Shown here one piece after another: positions 27,556-34,743 of a stretch of DNA of 64,000 bases. Positions within the stretch are counted from its first letter, which is position 1, and each line of letters starts with the position of its first letter. The DNA lies in NCBI GenBank assembly GCA_964433065.1, contig CAYSPZ010000001.1, positions 28,651 through 92,650 on the forward strand, in the 5' to 3' direction. The notes beneath the pieces are model-generated. The model saw only the letters and a program-made list of their open reading frames with translations. It ran no database searches and was not told where the DNA came from. A program made the translations under genes and the position numbers. This DNA is from an uncultured Eubacteriales bacterium (GTDB lineage Bacteria; Bacillota; Clostridia; Oscillospirales; Acutalibacteraceae).

Positions 27556-28890
27556 TTATTTCACACGTTCGATGGTGTCGAACACGTTTTCAACCAGATG
27601 TTTGCCGAACCGTTCGCCGAGCATAGAGGTGTCGGTTTCGTAACCGCCGGTTACCAGCGATTCGGGGGTGTAGAGGTAGCCGGGCAGACAACCGTTGGAG
27701 AGTTCGTTGACCACCACCATACCGAATCCCGCCATGGCTTTGATGTACAGTGCGTATTCCACGAACAGTTCGCCCTGAAGACCGACCATCAACAGGTCGC
27801 CCAGACGGAACACCTGAATTTCGGCGGGGGCTTCGTCTTCCAGCAGTTCCACTTTGATGCCCTGTTTGCGCATACGGACGTAACCGAGTTGGTCTTCCGA
27901 CCCGAGCAGTTTCAGGTTGGCATTTTGCCACAGATAATATTCTTCGCGCTTATCGGAGTTGCCGTATCGCGCGTAAAGGTCTTTGTAGATCGCCTCGTCG
28001 TGTTCCACCTGCGCGATGAGGTCTTCTTCGGTCCCGAAATCGCGCAGTTCCAGTTCGACGGTGCTTTGCGCCACGCGAATGGGTAACGTATCGGTCCACA
28101 CGGCGCGTTGTAAAACGGTATTTGCCGCTTTACCGAGCGTTCTGCCGACCCGTTCCGCTTCGTCGTAACTCTCACCCTGACGGTAGTACCGACTGGATTG
28201 GTTACCCGATGCGCCTTGCGCAAACCCGACGAGTGCAGAGGGGTATTGCTCTTCCAATTCCCTTTTCAGGTAGCACGGGTAATCGGCGGTACACACGTTA
28301 CTCCATTCGTGGATGAAGGTGGGGTGCAACGTGTAGTTGACCAGAATACCGCGTATCGTGTCGGCGGTATCCTTGACCGCCATCACGCTGACCAGCGGGT
28401 CGTGAGGGCCGCCGGGGATGCGGCGGTTTCCGCCGATGCCCGACTCCGCGCCGCACAAAGCGGTACCGCAGGTAAACTGCGCGTCGAACGCTTCTGCTTT
28501 CGCTTTGCCGATGAGGTCAACGACCGTGTCGATCACCGACCGCACGTATTCGTGAGGTTGTTCTTTTTTGGCTTCCAGACTTTCGATATCCAACCGTCCC
28601 GAAGCCCACGGACCCGAATGGGTGTGGGAACAACTGATCATCACGTTTTGCGGTAACAGACCGTACCGCTCTGCAACCGCCGATCGCACGGCGGCAACGT
28701 GTTTTTTGGAGAAAAATAACAGGTCAAGGGTGACCATCGCGACGGCCGTTTCGCCGTCACAGAGATACAGACACGCCGCATACAGCGGATCGTGTGCGCC
28801 CGTATTGTTACGGGGATAGTGCGGGTAACCCGCGAGTTCCAGTCCGAGCGGCGGTGTGATGTCCGCTCTCGTCATACCTGCTTTTAACAT
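27556..28890 (-). CDS. Neutral/alkaline ceramidase-like amidohydrolase (N-terminal ceramidase domain family)
   Basis: ADITPPLGLELAGY and CSHTHSGP motifs match the neutral ceramidase N-terminal domain family. No signal peptide. Confidence 0.6.
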   Translation of the reverse strand: MLKAGMTRADITPPLGLELAGYPHYPRNNTGAHDPLYAACLYLCDGETAVAMVTLDLLFFSKKHVAAVRSAVAERYGLLPQNVMISCSHTHSGPWASGRLDIESLEAKKEQPHEYVRSVIDTVVDLIGKAKAEAFDAQFTCGTALCGAESGIGGNRRIPGGPHDPLVSVMAVKDTADTIRGILVNYTLHPTFIHEWSNVCTADYPCYLKRELEEQYPSALVGFAQGASGNQSSRYYRQGESYDEAERVGRTLGKAANTVLQRAVWTDTLPIRVAQSTVELELRDFGTEEDLIAQVEHDEAIYKDLYARYGNSDKREEYYLWQNANLKLLGSEDQLGYVRMRKQGIKVELLEDEAPAEIQVFRLGDLLMVGLQGELFVEYALYIKAMAGFGMVVVNELSNGCLPGYLYTPESLVTGGYETDTSMLGERFGKHLVENVFDTIERVK

Positions 28891-28892
28891 TG

Positions 28893-30032
28893 TTATCTCA
28901 CCATTTTCCCGTTAAGAAATACATTTTTAATATCAAAATTGTCGTCCAAAACGACTAAATCGGCACGTTTGCCGACCGCGATACTCCCGATCTCGCCGTC
29001 CAGTTTGAGAGCGCGGGCGGGATTGCGGGATGCCATTAAAAAGACGTCGTTTACGGTGGCACCCGTGTGCTTTCGCATATTGCGACAGGCGACGTTTAAG
29101 GTCAGCGTACTGCCGCACAGGTCACCGTTGTCATCAAAATTGAGGTCGGTGATATGCGCGAAGGCGGGCGGCGAAGGGTTATCACTCACAAAACTGTCGG
29201 AAATGAGGATCACCTTGTCCACCCCTTTGATCTTGACGATCAGTTGCAGCATATCGGGGTGTACGTGGATGCCCTGCGAATCGCAGATGACTTCCGCGTA
29301 CATATCGTCGTCGAGGAAACACGCTTCGTCGGGACCGCAACTGCGGGTACCCGCCGCCGTGGGGATGCGACCCGTCGCATCGGTACAATGGGTAAGTACC
29401 GACAACCCGTACGGTTTAAGCGCCGCGATCTGTTCGGGGGTCGCTTCACTGTGCGCGACCGAGAACACCGCGTGGGGGGTAAGTGTATGTACCGCTTTGA
29501 CAAATTCGGGTACCCCGTCCCGTTCGGGCGCGACCGCCCACAGTTTGGTCAGTTCACCCGCGTGGCGCACGATCGGTTCGTAGTCTTCACGGCGGATCAT
29601 ACCGCGCCAGCGGTTCTTTTCGGGACAGGCACCGTATTTTTCGTTGGTGTACGGGCCTTCCATATACAGTCCGCCGAGGTTCGGGCTGGTCGGCATTGCC
29701 GCTTTGACGCGGTCGATCGCCTCGATGTATCCGTCGGCGTCAATGTCGGTATACAAGGTCGCGAGTACGGTGGTGGTACCGCTATCCAAAAAATGCGTGG
29801 CGGCACCGACGGGATCGCGGTCGAACCGACAACCGCCGCCACCGTGGCAATGAATGTCCACGAAACCGGGACCGACGATATGTCCGTCGGCATCGTATAT
29901 CTGTGCGTCCGACGGTATGGTGATCGCGTCGGTGTCACCGTACGCGACGATTCGACCGTCGTCGATCAATACCGCACCGTCATCGATGCGGTCGTATTCT
30001 AAAATGAGTTGTGCGTGGATAATGGCAATCAT
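28893..30032 (-). CDS. N-acetylglucosamine-6-phosphate deacetylase-like amidohydrolase (NagA/AgaA family)
   Basis: PGFVDIHCHGGGG, then later ..SVAHSEA.. and a C-terminal GSIAVGKRADLVVLD, as in NagA. Start moved to MIAIIHAQ (30032). Confidence 0.8.
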   Translation of the reverse strand: MIAIIHAQLILEYDRIDDGAVLIDDGRIVAYGDTDAITIPSDAQIYDADGHIVGPGFVDIHCHGGGGCRFDRDPVGAATHFLDSGTTTVLATLYTDIDADGYIEAIDRVKAAMPTSPNLGGLYMEGPYTNEKYGACPEKNRWRGMIRREDYEPIVRHAGELTKLWAVAPERDGVPEFVKAVHTLTPHAVFSVAHSEATPEQIAALKPYGLSVLTHCTDATGRIPTAAGTRSCGPDEACFLDDDMYAEVICDSQGIHVHPDMLQLIVKIKGVDKVILISDSFVSDNPSPPAFAHITDLNFDDNGDLCGSTLTLNVACRNMRKHTGATVNDVFLMASRNPARALKLDGEIGSIAVGKRADLVVLDDNFDIKNVFLNGKMVR

Positions 30033-30036
30033 CGGC

Positions 30037-31446
30037 TCACCTCGTTTGTAAGGCTTGTTTGACGGCGCAGAAACGCGCATATCCGTCATCGGTATGTTGC
30101 GGTTTGAACACCCGCGTGACGGTGAGCGGCGAAAGCGGTACACCGACCGCTTTGGCGGCAAGTCTTGCGGCACCCGCGCCTGCGGCTTCACACGTTTGGG
30201 GTGTGTGAATGGTAAGACCGGTCACGTCCGCCAGGATCGACGGCCACAGGTCGCCTTTGGCACCGCCGCCAAACAGGATCACGGTATGGACGTTGCCGTA
30301 CGCGTTCATCCGTTCGAGCAGTGAACGGATCTCACAGGCGACCCCTTTCATCACCGCGAGTGCCATTTCACCGCGGTCGGTGGCGAGGGTGATGCCGTGG
30401 AAGGTACCGCCGTTCTCACCCGCAAGATACGGGAAGAACAACAACGATGAACCGCGCGCGGCGGCTGCCGCCGCCTCGTCGTCGATCACGCGGTAGTCGG
30501 TGTCGGTAAACAGGGTATCCCGCGCCCAGCGCAGACAGGTACCCGCCGTCGACACCACCCCTTCGGATACGAAGGTATCGGGGTCGACGTATCCGCAGAA
30601 ACTCATTCCCTGTCCGTACAGGTCGGGCTGATAGGTATCCCACCGTTTGGTCACGGCGGCGGCAGTGCCGAGCGAAACGGTCATGACACCGTCCCGTAAC
30701 CCTACACCGTACGCGGCGCATTTCTGGTCTTGTGCGCCCACCGCCACCACGCAATCGGCGCGAAGACCGAGTGTTTTGGCAACCGACGGCAACACGTATC
30801 CGACCGCCTCCCCCGAACGGGCGAGGGTCGGTAAGGTGTCAACGTTAATACCGTAGCGGGATAACAGGTCGTGATGCCAACAGGCATTTTTGACGTCGTA
30901 CATCAGCGTACCCGATGCCATACTGTGGTCGGTGACAAACCGACCGGTAAATTTCGCAATGAGATAGTCCATCGGCATTACGAATTTATACGCTTGTTCG
31001 TAGATCGACCGACGGTGTTGCCTGAGCCATAACAGTTTGGGAAGGGTGTATGCCGCGGTGATGGGTTTGCCGGTCGTTTGCCCGATCCACTCGTCACCGA
31101 AATCGGCGCGGATCTGCGCGGCTTCACGCTCGGCGCGGGTATCCAGCCAGGTCATCGCCGCGCACAAGGGATTTGCGTCACGGTCGACGGGGACAACGGT
31201 GATGCCCTGCGAACTGATCGAGATACTGTCGATCCGTTCGCCGCAACCGCCCGCCTTGCCGATCGCGTTTTTCGCGGTGCGCAAGGTGAGTTCCCACCAC
31301 GATTCGGCATTCTGTTCCACCCATTTTTCCTGCGGTGTGGACAGGGGATATTCCTCGTAGTCGGTCGATACGGTATTCAGTTGTTGGTCAAACAGGATAC
31401 TGCGGCAACCGGTCGTGCCGAGATCGATGGCAAGATAGAGCGACAA
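30037..31446 (-). CDS. FGGY-family carbohydrate kinase
   Basis: LAIDLGTTGCRSILFD N-terminus and a C-terminal FGGGAKGDLW block, typical of xylulokinase/FGGY kinases. Confidence 0.8.
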   Translation of the reverse strand: MSLYLAIDLGTTGCRSILFDQQLNTVSTDYEEYPLSTPQEKWVEQNAESWWELTLRTAKNAIGKAGGCGERIDSISISSQGITVVPVDRDANPLCAAMTWLDTRAEREAAQIRADFGDEWIGQTTGKPITAAYTLPKLLWLRQHRRSIYEQAYKFVMPMDYLIAKFTGRFVTDHSMASGTLMYDVKNACWHHDLLSRYGINVDTLPTLARSGEAVGYVLPSVAKTLGLRADCVVAVGAQDQKCAAYGVGLRDGVMTVSLGTAAAVTKRWDTYQPDLYGQGMSFCGYVDPDTFVSEGVVSTAGTCLRWARDTLFTDTDYRVIDDEAAAAAARGSSLLFFPYLAGENGGTFHGITLATDRGEMALAVMKGVACEIRSLLERMNAYGNVHTVILFGGGAKGDLWPSILADVTGLTIHTPQTCEAAGAGAARLAAKAVGVPLSPLTVTRVFKPQHTDDGYARFCAVKQALQTR

Positions 31447-31460
31447 CCTCTTCCCCTCCG

Positions 31461-32081
31461 TCAGCGTTTGAGTTGCAGATCGTAGTGAACGTCGTAGGCT
31501 TTTTCTTCGTCGGTAAACTTGTGCAGCGTGTTGATCACTTCACCGTTGTTCCATTTACGGTCTTCCACCGCGTCGGTGGTACCCATAACGGTGACGTTGA
31601 GTTGGCGGCGACGGGCGCGGACGTGGTCCCAGTCGATGAAATAGACGTGGGCGAATTCGCCGCCGTCCAGTACACCGTCTTTGATGGTCATCGTTTCGCT
31701 TCTGCCGAAGAACACACTGCGCAGGTGACCGTCGGTGTTCATACTGGTGAAGTCGCCGGGTTCGTTCACGTAGCGACCGAATTGCGCGTGGATCGGGCCG
31801 GGATGACGGTAGTCGCCCTCGTTCGTGTAATCGGGAATCATTTTACGCATAATGTCCAGCAGATCGTGTTGCAGGTATTCGAGGTCAAACGAGTCGATGT
31901 CGTGCGAACATTCCTGAATCATCACCGAGCAGGTGGTGTGATGGGACGCGATGCAGACGGTACCGTTTTGAATACCCGACGCTTTGACGATCTCGATCAC
32001 CTCTTTGGACACGTCGTGGAAGGTGGGGATCCACCCGCGGGATTGCAGTTCGAGTTCTTTTTGAAATACTTTGAATTCCAT
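31461..32081 (-). CDS. YjbQ/UPF0047-family protein with a roughly 60-aa C-terminal extension
   Basis: The core (..GTVCIASHHTTCSVMIQE..) is the UPF0047 signature. At 206 aa it is longer than the usual roughly 140 aa. Confidence 0.65.
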   Translation of the reverse strand: MEFKVFQKELELQSRGWIPTFHDVSKEVIEIVKASGIQNGTVCIASHHTTCSVMIQECSHDIDSFDLEYLQHDLLDIMRKMIPDYTNEGDYRHPGPIHAQFGRYVNEPGDFTSMNTDGHLRSVFFGRSETMTIKDGVLDGGEFAHVYFIDWDHVRARRRQLNVTVMGTTDAVEDRKWNNGEVINTLHKFTDEEKAYDVHYDLQLKR

Positions 32082-32114
32082 AGTCGTTATCTCCTTTAAA
32101 AATAATGGTTGATA

Positions 32115-32816
32115 TTATTGATGACGCTCGTCCCACGCGCGGCGGACGGCGGCGATCATCTCGTCCACCATCGCGGCGCGGTCTTCGGCTTTGGCGATAC
32201 CCGACGACGAACCGGTCGCGTCGGCACCTGCGACGATGGTGTTATACACGTCGTCGCCGTTCGCGATCCCCGCCGCGGTCAACACCAGAATATCGGGGTC
32301 GACGTCCTTGACCGAACGGGTGGCGGCTTCGACGTATTCTTTGCCGACACTGACACCCGTGCCGATCAGTTCGGACGGTTCGGCAACGATGATATCGGGA
32401 TGAAGCGCGGCGATCTCACTCGCCTGCGCGGAGGAGTCTGCGCACACGATGGTGGTCAGTCCCACCTCGTCGGCACGGGCGATGGTTTCGCGCAACACCT
32501 CAAAGGTCAACGGTTTTTCACAATGGTTGAGCATCACGCCGTCGGCACCCGCCGCGACCAGCGATTCGGGTAACACGTCCGCCAACCCTCTGCCGGGATA
32601 GAGCGGGTCCATATGCGGCGCAAATACGTGAATGTGTTCGGTCGCTTCTCGGACACGGCGGATATCCACGATCGGGGTGGTGAAGAGAATATCCACTCCG
32701 TATTTTTCGGATGCGCGGTCTGCCGCTTTTGCCAATTCCAAAACGTCGTCGCCGTACAGATACGATTTGGGACCGATCTCGAAAAACGGCAATCGAACGG
32801 GTCTTGTTTTGTTCAC
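32115..32816 (-). CDS. Triose-phosphate-isomerase-family isomerase (short, archaeal-like type)
   Basis: MLNHCE (the NHSE His block), AEPSELIGTG (catalytic Glu block) and GSSSG (phosphate loop). GTG start at 32816, 7 nt after AAAGGAAG. Confidence 0.7.
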   Translation of the reverse strand: MNKTRPVRLPFFEIGPKSYLYGDDVLELAKAADRASEKYGVDILFTTPIVDIRRVREATEHIHVFAPHMDPLYPGRGLADVLPESLVAAGADGVMLNHCEKPLTFEVLRETIARADEVGLTTIVCADSSAQASEIAALHPDIIVAEPSELIGTGVSVGKEYVEAATRSVKDVDPDILVLTAAGIANGDDVYNTIVAGADATGSSSGIAKAEDRAAMVDEMIAAVRRAWDERHQ

Positions 32817-32853
32817 TTTTTTTCTTCCTTTCTGCCACATTTCTACAGTTAAC

Positions 32854-32882
32854 ATTATATTTTAAACACGCGTATTTTTCAA
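32854..32882 (-). promoter_or_regulatory. Candidate promoter of the 12-gene catabolic operon
   Basis: On the minus strand: TTGAAA, 17 nt, TATAAT, about 38 nt upstream of the GTG start. Confidence 0.55.
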
Positions 32883-32955
32883 TCGCATTTTCCAAAACGA
32901 AAAAAATTCGTAAACATAACCGAAGACTACGGCTAAATCTTGTCATTTTTGTGTA

Positions 32956-32984
32956 TTGAAAAAGAAAAAAGAAAGGTTTATACT
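32956..32984 (+). promoter_or_regulatory. Candidate divergent promoter of the SIS-DeoR pair
   Basis: TTGAAA, 17 nt, TATACT, 37 nt upstream of the ATG at 33021. Confidence 0.5.
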
Positions 32985-32986
32985 GT

Positions 32987-33007
32987 AAAACGAAAGAAAA
33001 ACGAAAA
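32987..33007 (+). promoter_or_regulatory. Tandem AAAACGAAA direct repeat (operator-like) just downstream of the -10
   Basis: AAAACGAAAG AAAAACGAAAA with an 11-bp period, overlapping the predicted transcription start. A third copy lies at 32894-32905 near the opposing promoter. Confidence 0.3.
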
Positions 33008-33020
33008 TAAGGTGACAGGT

Positions 33021-33620
33021 ATGATCCAACAAAACTCTCTGGACGCCGCCAAAGCGGCATACGACATTGAAGCGGCATGTATCACGCAGATGAAAGACTA
33101 TTTTGACGACGAAGCGTTTTCGAAAGCGGTGGAACTGCTGTGTAACGCGCGGTGTATCGGCGCGGCGGGGTGCGGACATTCGGGTATCCTGTGTCAGCAT
33201 TTCGCGCATCTGATGTGTTGCGTGGAGCGTCCCGCCAAATTCATCTCCCCTGCCGAGGCGGTACACGGCGGTACGGGGTTTTTACAGGCGGGGGACGTGA
33301 TGGTGTTTGCTTCCCGCGGCGGCAGTACCAAGGAGTTGTTCCCGATCGCCGATATCTGCAAGGCGAAAGGGGTTCACGTCATCACCATTACCGAGAACCT
33401 CTCTTCCCCGCTCGCAGAGGCGGCAGACGTGGTGATCAAACAATTCGTCAACCGTGAGACCGATAAGTACAATATGCAGGGAACGACCAGTTCGACGGCA
33501 CTTTGTATGTTGTTCCACGCGTTACAGACGGCGGTGATCGAGGAGACCGATTACCAAAAAGAACAGTTTGCGCTGATTCATCCGGGCGGTGCGGTCGGCG
33601 AACGTTTGAATAAACGATAA
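33021..33620 (+). CDS. Single-SIS-domain sugar-phosphate isomerase (KpsF/GutQ/PHI-like)
   Basis: CIGAAGCGHSGILCQHFAHLM..VMVFASRGGSTKE..VITITEN is the SIS phosphosugar-binding pattern. Start moved to MIQQNS. Confidence 0.7.
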   Translation: MIQQNSLDAAKAAYDIEAACITQMKDYFDDEAFSKAVELLCNARCIGAAGCGHSGILCQHFAHLMCCVERPAKFISPAEAVHGGTGFLQAGDVMVFASRGGSTKELFPIADICKAKGVHVITITENLSSPLAEAADVVIKQFVNRETDKYNMQGTTSSTALCMLFHALQTAVIEETDYQKEQFALIHPGGAVGERLNKR

Positions 33621-33631
33621 AGAGGGATAGT

Positions 33632-34402
33632 ATGTCAACCAGTCGGGAAAAGATCGACGGTCGCCGTCGGGCGATCGTGGAAGAATTACACCGTGAAGGA
33701 AAAGTATACGTCAACGAACTGAGTCGGTCGTTCGCGGTAACGGCGGTCACCATCCGTCACGATCTGGACGTCCTCGAACAAGAGGGAAAACTGGTGCGGA
33801 TGAACGGCGGCGCGGTCTGCGTGGGCGGCGAACACATCGAACCGCTCGACGGCAGGATCAAAAACGTCGCCGAAAAAGAAACGGTGGCGCGGACGGTGGC
33901 GCGGATGGTCAAAAACGGCAGTACCGTGTTCCTCAATTCGGGTACCACCACCTTGTGTATCGCGCAAGCGTTGAAGTCGGCGCGGCATTTGAATATCGTC
34001 ACCAATTCGCTGGACATAGCGACGGTGCTCGGTAACGTACCCACCTTTCGCGTGATCCTGCTCGGCGGCGAGATCAACAGCAACTATCGGTTCACCTACG
34101 GCAGCGACGCGCAGGAACAACTCGCGCGGTACCAGTCGGATTGGGCGATCTTGTCGATGGACGGTGTGGCACAGGAAAACGGTATCACCACCTACCACGC
34201 GGAGGAGGCGATCCTCGACCGTATGATGATGGATCGCGCGGTCAAAACGGTGATCGCCGCCGACCATACCAAGATCGGGAAAACGGGATTTACCAAGGTG
34301 TGCGATTGTTCGCCGAAGATCACGTTGGTGACCGACCCGAACGCGGATACGACCGCTCTCGCAACACTCACCGAAAACGGTGTGACCGTGATCTGCGAAT
34401 AA
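33632..34402 (+). CDS. DeoR/GlpR-family transcriptional regulator
   Basis: N-terminal HTH (RRRAIVEELHREGKVYVNELSRSFAVTAVTIRHDL) plus a DeoR C-terminal sensor domain (VFLNSGTTT..ILSMDG). Confidence 0.85.
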   Translation: MSTSREKIDGRRRAIVEELHREGKVYVNELSRSFAVTAVTIRHDLDVLEQEGKLVRMNGGAVCVGGEHIEPLDGRIKNVAEKETVARTVARMVKNGSTVFLNSGTTTLCIAQALKSARHLNIVTNSLDIATVLGNVPTFRVILLGGEINSNYRFTYGSDAQEQLARYQSDWAILSMDGVAQENGITTYHAEEAILDRMMMDRAVKTVIAADHTKIGKTGFTKVCDCSPKITLVTDPNADTTALATLTENGVTVICE

Positions 34403-34423
34403 ACAATGGCTTTTTACAAACGA

Positions 34424-34457
34424 AACGATCCGCGAGGTAAACACCTCGCGGATCGTT
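34424..34457. terminator. Stem-loop terminator (copy 2 of the repeated module)
   Basis: AACGATCCGCGAGG / CCTCGCGGATCGTT 14-bp stem with a 6-nt loop. On the minus strand it is followed by TTTCGTTT; on the plus strand only GTTGTT follows. Confidence 0.55.
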
Positions 34458-34464
34458 GTTGGTT

Positions 34465-34743
34465 ATAGCCGAAGAGAGCCGAACTCCTTATCGCCCATAG
34501 GGCGACTTTTCGGCAAAAATCTTGTTTTATCGCTTGAAATACGGGCGTATGTCGGCGCGACTCAACTTCGTTTTTGCACGAAAAGTCGCGCCTATGGGTT
34601 GTGTGCAAGTCAAAATAAACAATTTTGGTTTGCAACAAGGCATACAAGCGACGAAATACTATATGCATTGGGAGCGAAGTATAACGCAGTTGCAGAGCAA
34701 AATTGTTATTTTGACCGATGAGGGTTCGGCTCTCTTCGGCTAT
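34465..34743. repeat. 279-bp structured element closed by a perfect 20-bp inverted repeat (MITE-like element or structured RNA)
   Basis: ATAGCCGAAGAGAGCCGAAC (34465-34484) is the exact reverse complement of 34724-34743. Inside, 34494-34519 pairs with 34571-34598 (about 26 bp) and 34611-34627 pairs with 34698-34713. Confidence 0.6.

Noticed and set aside
30037-32816. FGGY kinase + TIM-family isomerase + DeoR as an erythritol or tetritol (ery-like) catabolic module.
   Set aside because: No EryB-type FAD dehydrogenase, EryC or RpiB-type isomerase sits in the operon. The GlpA-like gene at 18206 is in a separate transcription unit on the other strand.
21219-34457. A classical genomic island or integrative element carrying the catabolic operon.
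   Set aside because: There is no integrase, recombinase, transposase or tRNA attachment site. The flanking repeats are terminator hairpins whose loops differ, so a site-specific integration scar is not supported. The point is kept only as a lower-interest observation.
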